This document shows positions 7,917-17,176 of a stretch of DNA of 64,000 nucleotides, piece by piece. Numbering within the stretch: position 1 is the stretch's first letter; every line of letters begins with the position of its first letter. The DNA lies in NCBI GenBank assembly GCA_964600985.1, contig CAZRJR010000002.1, forward strand, positions 104,867-168,866, written 5' to 3'. Made by a program: the position numbers and the translations under genes. The notes below the pieces were generated by a model that saw only the letters and a program-made list of their open reading frames with translations, searched no databases and was not told the DNA's origin. This DNA is from an uncultured Candidatus Saccharibacteria bacterium. Lineage in GTDB: Bacteria > Patescibacteriota > Saccharimonadia > CAILAD01 > JADZBC01.

Positions 7917-10688
7917 ATGAGTCAACGCAAAAAACTCGTACTCTTCGACGGCCATGCGCTTCTGCACCGGGGTTACCACGCCATCCCATACCTCTCGACC
8001 AAGGATGGTACACCCACGAACGCTGTATATGGATTTGTGACCATTATGCTTAAAGCCCTGAGCGACATTAAGCCTGATTATGTCGCAGTGGCTTGGGATT
8101 TACCCGGTAAGACCTTTCGCCATGACATGTACGCAGACTATAAAGGCACGCGCAAAAAGACCGACGACGAGTTGGTTGCGCAAATGCCCCTCACGCGCGA
8201 GGTAGTACAGGCGTTTAATATGCCGCTGATGGAGTGCGAAGGCTACGAGGCCGACGATGTAATTGGTACGCTTGCACATCGCTATTGCCGAGAGTGCGAG
8301 GTGGTGATTGTAACGGGGGACATGGATGAGCTTCAGCTAGTAGACGATCACGTGAGTGTGTATACCATGCGACGCGGCTTTAGCGACACGGTACTGTATG
8401 ACCGCGCGGCAGTACAAGAAAAGTACGGGGTAACGCCCGAAGAGTTTGTGGTTTATAAAGCGCTCAAGGGAGACACTAGTGACAACATACCGGGCGTGCC
8501 GGGTGTAGGAGATAAAACGGCAACCGAGCTGGTGGCCAAGTACAAAACGCTTACGGGAATTTATGAGCACTTGGGTGAGCTCAAGCCGGCTGTACGCAAG
8601 AAGCTCGAGGAAAATAAAGATCTTGCTGAGCTTAGCTTGGAACTCTCACGTATCAGCCGAGACGTGAAGCTCGACTTTAACTTGCGGGACGCTCACATCC
8701 ACGACTATGACAAAGAGCGCGTGTTCGAGCTATTTAATCGCTTGGAATTCCGTAGTTTGCTTTCCAAGTTGCCGGGCCACAATATGGTGAGCACAATACT
8801 TGATCAGAATGCCGACCAGGCAACCTTATTTGCTGACGAAGATAAGGCTGCGCCAGTGCCTGCACCAAGCAGAGACCATCTTAAAAAGGCTACCTACATA
8901 TGCGTAGATACGACCGAGAAACTCAAGGACTTAGCCACACAACTTAGCCGGCAAAAGGCCTTTGCATTTGATACCGAAACGGATAGTGTGGATGTAATAA
9001 ACGCCAACTTAGTCGGCATGAGTTTTAGTTGGAAGCCCGGCTACGCTTACTATGTTCCGGTGGGGCACGCCGAAGGTAAACAGCTACCGCTCAAAGAAGT
9101 TATAGATACGCTCGGCCCGATTTTAGCGGACGCTAAGATTGGTAAGGTAGGGCATAACATTAAGTTTGACTACCAAGTGACGAAGCGGCAGGGCGTAGAC
9201 CTAGGGCCCATTAGCTTTGACACTATGGTGGCGGCGTTCTTGCTTAGTCCAATTGGTCGAGCTCAGTCGCTCAGTACGCTGGCATTTGCCGAACTGGGTA
9301 TACAAATGGTCGAAATTACTGAGCTGATTGGGCCCAAAGGTAAGAACCAAAAGACGTTTGCGCAGGCGCCAGTAGAAGAAGCGGCGGTGTATGCGGCCGA
9401 AGACGCCGATATAACTTGGCGACTGTACGAGAAACTGTCTAAACAGTTGGCTGGCGAAGGTAAACTTGAGGATGTAGCAAAGACTATGGAGTGGCCGCTC
9501 ATACCTGTGCTAGGGGACATGGAATGTGCTGGCATAGAGCTAGACGTGGACTTCCTAACCAAGTTTGCCAAAGACATTAATGGCCGCCTGACCAAAATAG
9601 AGGGACAAATTTGGGACTTGGCTGGCGAGAAGTTCAACATCGCCTCTACTCAACAACTCAAAGTTATACTGTTCGACAAGCTCAAGATCCAATCAACTGA
9701 GCTAAAAAAGATCAAAACTGGCGTGTCGACTGCGGCCAAAGAACTTGAGAAGCTTCGTGGCGTGCACCCGATCATTGACTTGTTGTTCGAATACCGTGAG
9801 TCGGCCAAGCTCAAGTCTACTTATGTGGACGCCCTGCCGTTACTCGTGAATCCAACTACCAGCCGTGTTCATACCAGTTACAACCAAACCATTGCACAAA
9901 CAGGCCGGCTGAGCTCCACTAATCCAAACTTGCAGAACATCCCGGTCCGTACCGAATTGGGGCGCGAAATCCGCAAGGCGTTTGTGGCCGCCAAAGACAA
10001 AGTACTTGTAGCGGCAGACTACAGCCAGATCGAACTGCGGCTGGCGGCCGAACTGGCCGACGACAAGCCGATGATCAAGGCCTTTAAGAGCGGGGCCGAC
10101 ATCCACACACTAACTGCCGCAGAGATGTTTGGGGTGGAACCAGGCGAAGTTACTAAACAACAGCGCTATGGCGCTAAAACCATTAATTTTGGGGTACTGT
10201 ATGGCATGAATCCGCATGGCTTAAGTCAGGCTACGGGCATGGACTACGCGGAGTCCAAAGCATTTATAGACCGTTACTTTGAGCTCAGAAAAGATGTAGC
10301 GGCCTATATTGAAAAGATCAAAAAGCAAGCTCATACTTTAGGATATACCGAGACACTATTTGGTCGACGCAGACCGTGCCCAGACGTGCATGCAAGTAAC
10401 TTTGTGGTGCGTTCGGCGGCCGAGCGAGCTGCGGTAAATATGCCACTGCAGGGTACCGCGGCCGATATGATGAAGCTTGCTATGATCAAAATTCATGGGG
10501 ACTTGCCTGAGGGTGCGCAAATGCTTTTGCAGATTCATGACGAACTTATTGTGGAGTGCGGTCAAGATCAGGTACAGGCTGTAGCCGAAGTGCTGCGGCG
10601 AGATATGTTGGGTGTACACAGCTTTGGCGTACCGATCGAGGTGAATATATCAACGGGTCCGAGCTGGGGAGAGTTGGTCGAGCTATGA
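7917..10688 (+). CDS. polA: DNA polymerase I (5'-3' exonuclease, 3'-5' exonuclease and polymerase domains)
   Basis: The N-terminus is MSQRKKLVLFDGHALLHRGYHA, the exo motif is FAFDTETDS and the polymerase motifs are RRxAKxxNFGxxYG and QIHDELIVE. The 7806 extension in the ORF track is rejected. Confidence 0.93.
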   Translation: MSQRKKLVLFDGHALLHRGYHAIPYLSTKDGTPTNAVYGFVTIMLKALSDIKPDYVAVAWDLPGKTFRHDMYADYKGTRKKTDDELVAQMPLTREVVQAFNMPLMECEGYEADDVIGTLAHRYCRECEVVIVTGDMDELQLVDDHVSVYTMRRGFSDTVLYDRAAVQEKYGVTPEEFVVYKALKGDTSDNIPGVPGVGDKTATELVAKYKTLTGIYEHLGELKPAVRKKLEENKDLAELSLELSRISRDVKLDFNLRDAHIHDYDKERVFELFNRLEFRSLLSKLPGHNMVSTILDQNADQATLFADEDKAAPVPAPSRDHLKKATYICVDTTEKLKDLATQLSRQKAFAFDTETDSVDVINANLVGMSFSWKPGYAYYVPVGHAEGKQLPLKEVIDTLGPILADAKIGKVGHNIKFDYQVTKRQGVDLGPISFDTMVAAFLLSPIGRAQSLSTLAFAELGIQMVEITELIGPKGKNQKTFAQAPVEEAAVYAAEDADITWRLYEKLSKQLAGEGKLEDVAKTMEWPLIPVLGDMECAGIELDVDFLTKFAKDINGRLTKIEGQIWDLAGEKFNIASTQQLKVILFDKLKIQSTELKKIKTGVSTAAKELEKLRGVHPIIDLLFEYRESAKLKSTYVDALPLLVNPTTSRVHTSYNQTIAQTGRLSSTNPNLQNIPVRTELGREIRKAFVAAKDKVLVAADYSQIELRLAAELADDKPMIKAFKSGADIHTLTAAEMFGVEPGEVTKQQRYGAKTINFGVLYGMNPHGLSQATGMDYAESKAFIDRYFELRKDVAAYIEKIKKQAHTLGYTETLFGRRRPCPDVHASNFVVRSAAERAAVNMPLQGTAADMMKLAMIKIHGDLPEGAQMLLQIHDELIVECGQDQVQAVAEVLRRDMLGVHSFGVPIEVNISTGPSWGELVEL

Positions 10689-11251
10689 TCAGAGGACTTA
10701 TTCTGGATTTCTTTGGTGTGTTCACGGCGGACTTTGGGCATAACTGGGTCGAACGGTCGAGCTTAAGCGAAGATGTACAGCGTCAATTAGCCCAGCTCGC
10801 TACAGACAAAGACCTCGGGAATATCAGTGTCCAAGAATACTATCGTGGCTTTGCGTCTTTAACGGGGCTGAGCTATGAATCGGCAGAACGAATTGAGTAT
10901 GCTCGAGACAAGGCAGATTTAGCACTTGTTCACTACGTCGTTACCAGCTTAAAGCCACGTTACAAACTTTATTTAGCTAGCAACGCATCGCACGAATATA
11001 TATATGAGATTTTAGATTCCATTAAAATCACGGATGCTTTTGAGAGAATATTTGTATCTTCCGATATGCACTTAATCAAGCCTCAGTCGGCTTTTTACGA
11101 AAAGGTATTAAGCGAAGTTGGTTTACCTGCCCCCGAACTATTATTTGTAGATGACCGGGTGGCGAATATAGAGGGCGCTGAGCGCGCTGGCATGCGTGGC
11201 TACCACTATCAGGGCTTTGCTGAGTTCAAAGATTTTATCGAAAGCGTCTAA
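10685..11251 (+). CDS. HAD-superfamily hydrolase
   Basis: Its ATG overlaps the polA stop as ATGA. It has the LILDFFGV motif-I region and FVDDRVANIEGAERAGMRGYHY. Confidence 0.6.
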   Translation: MIRGLILDFFGVFTADFGHNWVERSSLSEDVQRQLAQLATDKDLGNISVQEYYRGFASLTGLSYESAERIEYARDKADLALVHYVVTSLKPRYKLYLASNASHEYIYEILDSIKITDAFERIFVSSDMHLIKPQSAFYEKVLSEVGLPAPELLFVDDRVANIEGAERAGMRGYHYQGFAEFKDFIESV

Positions 11252-11253
11252 GA

Positions 11254-11910
11254 TTATTCTTCTGGCTCGAGTCGGAATGGTCGATTATGTATGTAATATT
11301 CACTGATTTCATTTTCTGACTCTAGCCTCTGCAAAATTGGTATAACATCCGCAAACTCCTGGTTGGCTGTTCCGACTGGCGGAAGCTGGCTTAGGTGCAC
11401 TTCGTTTTTACGTTGCTCTTCTGATCGAGCAGTTCGGGCTACTTGTGCGCGTTGCTTGTCAAAGAAGCTTAGCTCGTCCCATGTTGGGTCAGGTAGCCCT
11501 TTTATATTCGATGGGTCGTAGGTCTCTCGGTGAGTTGACTGCGAATACGAATGAAGCTCGGTTTTGGCTTCGGCCGCCGCTGGCCTACTGGTGTCGAGGA
11601 AATACGAACGACTAATTTGCGCTAGGTCGTCGGCACCCTGAGGTTCAGGCACTTCGTGTACGGTGACAGTATACATGTTGAGCTCTCGAATGCCATGGGG
11701 TGACCACTGCCTAGTTACGAGTATAAGCGCGTTGGTAACTACATCTCGGTACCAACGCGCACCTAGGTAGTCGCTTTGCGTACCGCCTTCCCAATCGGGC
11801 TTTGCCAGCCGCTCGACTTCTTGGGTGAACTGTTCAACTACAGCGGGTTCTAGCTCTGCACCCTTTGGCAACGGTTCGTTATCGGGGTAGTGTCTGAATT
11901 CACCTGTCAT
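11254..11910 (-). CDS. Hypothetical protein
   Basis: The ORF extends to 11934. The ATG at 11910 (MTGEFRHYPD...) has TATACT-N6 upstream. No family was recognised. Confidence 0.45.
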   Translation of the reverse strand: MTGEFRHYPDNEPLPKGAELEPAVVEQFTQEVERLAKPDWEGGTQSDYLGARWYRDVVTNALILVTRQWSPHGIRELNMYTVTVHEVPEPQGADDLAQISRSYFLDTSRPAAAEAKTELHSYSQSTHRETYDPSNIKGLPDPTWDELSFFDKQRAQVARTARSEEQRKNEVHLSQLPPVGTANQEFADVIPILQRLESENEISEYYIHNRPFRLEPEE

Positions 11911-12015
11911 AAGCTTAGTATAGCAGGTGAGCAACTCACTTCTTTGGCTAATATACTATTTAAATTAACTAATCAGGTAGATGACGGAGAGAAGGTTGGG
12001 GCTTTTTCGCCCAAA

Positions 12016-12645
12016 CTAGCGAGTACCGTCGGTTTTTTGCTTGCTGGTGCTTGGGGTGGCGCCAGTCGATTTGGACTTAGGAGACGCACTGGATTTAGTC
12101 GTTGCTGTGGTGCCTTTTGTTGAAGGTGTGGCGGTGTCTTGGGTTTGGCTAGTGGCTGGCGTAGAGGTGCTCGATGGTGAACTTGTCTCGGCTTCCGGAG
12201 TAGTTGAGTTTGTAGAGTCACAATTTGTAGGGGGGTTGGTATCTGGTTGCCACCTGCACCATTCAGCTGGGTGTTGCTTGTCCCATTCGGCAAGAGCTGC
12301 TTTACGGGCCAATACCTCGCTCGAAGGAGCTTTGCCAGAAAGCCCATACTTTAGATTGCGCTCCCAGCACCATGTACCGCCGTCAGTAGGTAGTTCGCTA
12401 GCCTTAAGGCCACCCGATGGAGTGGATGGTATGTTGTTGAAGTACTTACAGTGAGTGTAATTTGAGGCGTCGTATTTAGAGGTAGGCTCAGCTGCAAAAG
12501 ACTGCCAAACTAAGTAAATTCCTAGGACCGAAAGTAGACCGACCACAACTATAGCCACATTGGCATTAAACTTATTAGCTGATTTTAGGTTGGTTTTCTT
12601 GCTAGAAGTACGAGCCTTGGTGGGCTTACTAGTTTTGGTTGCCAT
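12016..12645 (-). CDS. Signal-anchored secreted protein with a Ser/Thr-rich C-terminal tail
   Basis: The N-terminus is basic and followed by the TM VAIVVVGLLSVLGIYLVW. A globular region with 6 Cys follows, then an S/T/P-rich tail. A TATAAT and an AAGGAA SD lie upstream. Confidence 0.5.
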   Translation of the reverse strand: MATKTSKPTKARTSSKKTNLKSANKFNANVAIVVVGLLSVLGIYLVWQSFAAEPTSKYDASNYTHCKYFNNIPSTPSGGLKASELPTDGGTWCWERNLKYGLSGKAPSSEVLARKAALAEWDKQHPAEWCRWQPDTNPPTNCDSTNSTTPEAETSSPSSTSTPATSQTQDTATPSTKGTTATTKSSASPKSKSTGATPSTSKQKTDGTR

Positions 12646-12918
12646 CTTGAAAAAATTCCTTAATTATACTTACAGTTATAGCATAACTGGTATATTAGAG
12701 GCAATATTTGTGTGCAGATAGCACGTGCAGTTTACTAGTCCGTATTTCGCCGTTTTTGGCTCGTCAGATCAAATACACATTTGATTATACGGATTGAGAA
12801 GAAAGGGGCAGGTTGATTTGACCATGAAGGTCACGCCAAGGGCTGCACGATCTCTCGCACAACCCGCTGAAGCACCTCCTAGTGCTTCTTTCTACCTCCT
12901 TGGTAAAGTGTAGCGAAG

Positions 12919-13149
12919 CTACGGGTGGGTACGGCGGTACTCGGCGTGCTCTCTGCGCTCACTGTTGCGCTCACGGTAGAACCGCACAGCCAGGTAGATC
13001 GCGCCGACCAGGAAAAGCCCCAACAGGATGAACCCGATGAACTTGACCAAGAGAGTCAACGCCACGCAGCCTGCAATGACCAGGATCACACCTGTCACGA
13101 AGGCGTCGATCAGCCGAGTGATCGGATCCTTCTTCTTGCTCTCTGACAC
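12919..13149 (-). CDS. Small 2-TM membrane protein encoded in a high-GC patch
   Basis: A GTG start is preceded by AAGAGG. Two hydrophobic helices are followed by a basic tail, YRERNSERREHAEYRR. Local GC is about 60% against a backbone of about 49%. Confidence 0.35.
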   Translation of the reverse strand: MSESKKKDPITRLIDAFVTGVILVIAGCVALTLLVKFIGFILLGLFLVGAIYLAVRFYRERNSERREHAEYRRTHP

Positions 13150-13320
13150 TTTGCCTCTTTCTCTTCTCAAACTTCTTCCCTTGGAACCTCCAAAGGACAC
13201 CCATAATTTACCATAAATAGCGCATAATGTCAATGATCTCGGACAGAGAATACCGCGGCCGAAGCCGGCTTTACTATCCTTACCCCCGAGAGTCTCATAT
13301 AATGAGCTAAAGGAGTGATT

Positions 13321-14214
13321 ATGCCAGAATTACCAGAGGTAGAAACAGTCCGAATTGGACTCAGCAAGTACTTGCCGGGCAAGGTGATAGGGGCTGTGGA
13401 CTTTGATTGGCCTAAGAGCTTTCCGAACGATCCTATGCAGGTCAAAAAGTACCTTGTTGGTGCGCACATTACTAGCGTTCGTAGGCGGGCAAAGGTGTTG
13501 CTTATAGATTTAGATACTAATTACAGCTTAGTAATCCACCTTAAAATGACCGGTCAGCTGGTATACAGAGCCGAGGATGGCGAGCGCTGGGGTGCCGGGC
13601 ACCCCAATGATAGCTTGATCGGTGACTTGCCAGATAGGTCTACACGCGTAACGTTCAGGCTCGCCGACAGCAGCGAGAGCAAAAGGACAGTAGCAACGCT
13701 GTTCTTTAACGACCAGCGCAAGTTTGGTTGGGTTAAGCTTATTCCGACCGACGAAGTTATGGAAATCGACTTTTTTAAGCGTGTAGGGCCGGAGCCATTG
13801 GGGTCGGAGTTTACTCTGGCTGAGTTTAAAAGTCGCTTAGCTAAGCGAGCCCGAACGAGTATAAAGGCTGCGATCTTAGACCAGTCAGTGGTGGCAGGTG
13901 TGGGCAACATCTATGCCGACGAATCGCTCCACATGGCCAAGATTCATCCTGCTACCAAGGTCGGGGACGTACCAGCTGCGAAAGTTAAGAGGCTGCACGA
14001 GGCAATTAAGTACTTCTTGCAGCTTTCAATTGACCACGGCGGGTCGAGTGATAAGAACTATGTGGATGCAGACGGTAACAAGGGCAGTTACCTTAAGTTC
14101 GCGCAGGTGTTCCGGCGCGAGGGCAAGCAGTGCCCGGTGTGTGGAAGTGTGATCGAGAAGATTCGCGTGGCTGGTCGCGGCACACATATTTGCCCCAAGT
14201 GTCAGAAGGCATAG
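13321..14214 (+). CDS. mutM: Formamidopyrimidine-DNA glycosylase
   Basis: The N-terminus is MPELPEVETVR and the C-terminal zinc finger is CPVCG...CPKCQ. An AAGGAG SD and an upstream TATAAT are present. Confidence 0.9.
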   Translation: MPELPEVETVRIGLSKYLPGKVIGAVDFDWPKSFPNDPMQVKKYLVGAHITSVRRRAKVLLIDLDTNYSLVIHLKMTGQLVYRAEDGERWGAGHPNDSLIGDLPDRSTRVTFRLADSSESKRTVATLFFNDQRKFGWVKLIPTDEVMEIDFFKRVGPEPLGSEFTLAEFKSRLAKRARTSIKAAILDQSVVAGVGNIYADESLHMAKIHPATKVGDVPAAKVKRLHEAIKYFLQLSIDHGGSSDKNYVDADGNKGSYLKFAQVFRREGKQCPVCGSVIEKIRVAGRGTHICPKCQKA

Positions 14215-14229
14215 GTTACAATATAAGGT

Positions 14230-15159
14230 ATGATACTTTTCTTTTACGGTGAAAACAGCTACGCTATGCGGCGCGAGGTGGAGCGACTTCGTGAGCATTA
14301 CACTAAAAAATCCGGCGACGATATGAACCTCGAGGTTATCGACATGAGCGAATCATCAGTTGGTACATTGCTCGATAGTTTGGCCGTAATGCCGCTATTG
14401 GCTAGTAGTAGATTCATAATTTTGCGCGGGCTAGGCGGCAACAAGCAGGCGGTAGAGAAACTCCAAGATATTCTCGACGCAGTGCCGGACTCCACCATCC
14501 TACTAATTGAGGAGCCGACAGTCGATAAGAGAAGTACGTACTTTAAGACTTTATCTAAGCTCAGGCAGGCTAAGGAGTTTAAAAGCCTCAGTGATGCTCA
14601 GCTGCGCGATTGGATAGTAAAGGAGACAAAGCGATTAGGCGGCAATATTGCGCCAGGGCTTGCTATGAGCTTGCTGCGGCGAGTGGGCAATGACCAGTGG
14701 CAGTTGGCCCAGGAGGTGCAAAAGCTCGTGGCCTACGACCCTACAATTACTCAGGACTCGATTGACCTACTGGTGACTGCCAACACTGAGCAGACATTAT
14801 TTGAACTAACTGACGCAGTAGTGCTTGGTAATCTCGCCCGCGCTATGGATGTGTACGCGGCGCTTGCACGGCAAGGTGTGGCCGATCAGCAAATTCTAGC
14901 TATGCTCGTTACTCAGTATCGCAACATCACTCTGGCCTTTGACAATGCAGGGCAGGGCAGCTCGTGGATGGACCAATTCGGTATAAAGCCGTACCCGGCC
15001 GAGAAAGCAGCACAAGTAGCTAGTAAGCTAGCCCTGAGCGACCTTAAACGAGCGTACCGGCTGATAGTAGAGGCGGATTATAGTGTTAAAACCGGCGCAG
15101 CAGAGAGTAGCGCTGCTATGCAAGACCTCATAATTGCACTGTGCCGTCAGGAGGGGTAG
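14230..15159 (+). CDS. holA: DNA polymerase III delta subunit
   Basis: The size, the N-terminal YGENSY-type clamp-loader start and the overall delta-subunit pattern all fit. Confidence 0.6.
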   Translation: MILFFYGENSYAMRREVERLREHYTKKSGDDMNLEVIDMSESSVGTLLDSLAVMPLLASSRFIILRGLGGNKQAVEKLQDILDAVPDSTILLIEEPTVDKRSTYFKTLSKLRQAKEFKSLSDAQLRDWIVKETKRLGGNIAPGLAMSLLRRVGNDQWQLAQEVQKLVAYDPTITQDSIDLLVTANTEQTLFELTDAVVLGNLARAMDVYAALARQGVADQQILAMLVTQYRNITLAFDNAGQGSSWMDQFGIKPYPAEKAAQVASKLALSDLKRAYRLIVEADYSVKTGAAESSAAMQDLIIALCRQEG

Positions 15160-15168
15160 AGTAGTGGT

Positions 15169-15747
15169 ATGCATGAGCCTATTCCTAGAATAGAAAAGAC
15201 CAAAGACCGACGCCCCAGAGAAAAACAAGTAGATATACTTATCTCTCGCCTCGATCCTGAGCGCGCCGCGGAGATGGGTGTGGTTACTGGCCGAGAGGCA
15301 TTGGAGTGGCTGAGTAGCGGCGAGCGGACAGGTAAATACGTCTTTCATGGGACTCCGTTTAAAATAGAGGGCCCACTTGAACCAAGGCAAGCTCATAGTG
15401 AAGGGCAGCCAGACGGCACACCGGCAGTTGCGGCGACCGCCCATATAGATATCCCGATCTTCATGGCAATTATCAGCTCTACAAGGGATCGTGTAGCCGG
15501 TCGCCAGCACCGTAGTAGTTGGGGCGGTGAAGGCAAAGACATTACATTTAAAAGCTGGCCAGATCAGCTAGACAGGGCTCGCAAGGAGCACCAAACTGGC
15601 TATGTGTATGTATTTGATGCTAACGATTTTAGTCGCTATCAGGGGGTTGAAGTCCGTTCAGAGAGTGCAGTTGAGCCAATATATTGTATTCCTGTGGCGG
15701 TAGATGACTTGCCGGAAGGAATTGAAGAAATAGAACAAGGTAAATAA
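15169..15747 (+). CDS. Hypothetical protein
   Basis: It is a 192-aa ORF with no recognisable motif, followed by a terminator. Confidence 0.4.
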   Translation: MHEPIPRIEKTKDRRPREKQVDILISRLDPERAAEMGVVTGREALEWLSSGERTGKYVFHGTPFKIEGPLEPRQAHSEGQPDGTPAVAATAHIDIPIFMAIISSTRDRVAGRQHRSSWGGEGKDITFKSWPDQLDRARKEHQTGYVYVFDANDFSRYQGVEVRSESAVEPIYCIPVAVDDLPEGIEEIEQGK

Positions 15748-15754
15748 TAATAAC

Positions 15755-15784
15755 CAAAAAACCTCCCGTTCGGGAGGTTTTTTA
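15755..15784. terminator. Bidirectional intrinsic terminator (between the + hypothetical gene and minus-strand rpsT)
   Basis: AAAAAA CCTCCC gttc GGGAGG TTTTTT. Confidence 0.75.
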
Positions 15785-15799
15785 GAGCCATGGAGTAAT

Positions 15800-16219
15800 T
15801 TACTTACTGGCAGGTTTTTTAGTGGTTGGCTTTTTAGCCGCGGTAGCTTTGGCAGGAGCCTTTTTGGCAGTAGTTTTGACTACTGGCTTAGCGGTAGTCT
15901 TCTTGGTGGCGGCTTTAGCGCCTGGTTTACCAGGGTTCTCGGTGCCGTAGGCTTGCTTAGCTACTGCGTTGTACTCGCGGGTGAGTTGGCTTTTTTTGCG
16001 AGCAGCGGTGTTTTTGTGTAACACACCCTTTTTAACAGCCCGATCGAGCTTTGAAACTGCAGCTATTAAGTCAGTCTGAGCTTTTTTAAGGTCGACAGCA
16101 GTTATGTCAGCACGAAAGGCTTTAATCTGCTTACGGACTTCGGTTTTGGTTTCTACGTTGCGCGCGCGGCGAACCTTTTGCTGGCGAACACGCTTCATAG
16201 CTGATTTAATGATTGGCAT
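15800..16219 (-). CDS. rpsT: 30S ribosomal protein S20 with a Lys/Ala-rich C-terminal extension
   Basis: The S20 core is MPIIKSAMKRVRQQKVRRARN. It is followed by about 50 aa of AKKPT/KATAAKK repeats. Confidence 0.85.
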   Translation of the reverse strand: MPIIKSAMKRVRQQKVRRARNVETKTEVRKQIKAFRADITAVDLKKAQTDLIAAVSKLDRAVKKGVLHKNTAARKKSQLTREYNAVAKQAYGTENPGKPGAKAATKKTTAKPVVKTTAKKAPAKATAAKKPTTKKPASK

Positions 16220-16298
16220 AGATCTTCTTTCTTAGAATTAAAACAGCGCTTATTATAGCGCAATCTATAGCTTCTGTAAAGGCAAAGATAATTTCTGG

Positions 16299-16329
16299 AC
16301 GAGGTAGCCAGGGCTGGGAGGCCCTGGCT
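16299..16329. repeat. 11-bp perfect-stem hairpin at the edge of a high-GC fragment
   Basis: GTAGCCAGGGC tgggag GCCCTGGCTAC. No U-tract follows on either strand. Confidence 0.4.
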
Positions 16330-16710
16330 ACCGATGTCCGCTTACAGCACCTACTTCACGCTACGCGTGGCAGAGCTTGGGCAGCGTCTGGATGGCAGCG
16401 CCACCAATCACCACGGTGGCGCCAAGCGCAAAATCGCCGATCATGTCGGCGAGGTGCTTGAGCCACTCGGTGAGTATCTCGGCCGCGTGCCGAGAGATGG
16501 AGCAGGGGTTGTGGGTGCAGTGCACGTAACTTCCTTACTTCTGTATAGCGGACAGGGCTATTAAGACTACACGATCTGAGGCTAAAAGTCAATCATAGTT
16601 ATGCTCGAAGTGTTGTTGGTTGACTAAAAAGAGGGTAAAATTGCGCCCAAGTTCGAAGAGGGGACATTGACAATCATACCTACTAAAGCAGTCAGCTTAG
16701 GGGAGACTAG

Positions 16711-17046
16711 ATGTACGAACAGGGAAGTTGGGATGACGAGGCGCGGGAACAGAATTCGCCCGCAAATGTGCCTGAGGTGGCTTACGCAAATGCTGTCATG
16801 GGGGCCGTAATTGTGGTGCTCGTGATGCTTATACCTACTATGGGTCTGCTTTTTCGCTTTGCACACTGGGCGACATGGTATCTGTTGGCTCCTGCGCAGG
16901 GGGGAGACATGCTTGCTATCCAGGTGTGGTGGCTTATACCATGCGAGTGGCTTTTGTTTGTAGGCGAAGTCGCCTTAATCGTAAGGCTGAGTCGGCCTCT
17001 ATATCGGCGAATTGCCCGCTATTTCTCGAGCAACCATGCGTCGTGA
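16711..17046 (+). CDS. Hypothetical membrane protein
   Basis: Two or three hydrophobic helices are present and a GGGGAG SD lies upstream. Confidence 0.4.
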   Translation: MYEQGSWDDEAREQNSPANVPEVAYANAVMGAVIVVLVMLIPTMGLLFRFAHWATWYLLAPAQGGDMLAIQVWWLIPCEWLLFVGEVALIVRLSRPLYRRIARYFSSNHAS

Positions 17047-17176
17047 GCGCAGCGCGTAACCCGGGGAGAATAGCCTCCCCGGGTTACGGAAAACACTTAA
17101 GTAACTCCATACCTCTTACGCTAGTATTGACAAATGGCATAAAAATTGCTATTATAGTGGATCTCATAGGATTGAC

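Noticed and set aside
12041-12454. 137-aa plus-strand ORF
   Set aside because: It is antisense to the Ser/Thr-rich tail of the 12016-12645 gene and is a low-complexity artefact.
16334-16592. 76-aa (+) and 78-aa (-) ORFs in the orphan high-GC fragment
   Set aside because: They overlap each other, neither has start signals or recognisable features, and both are likely GC-driven.
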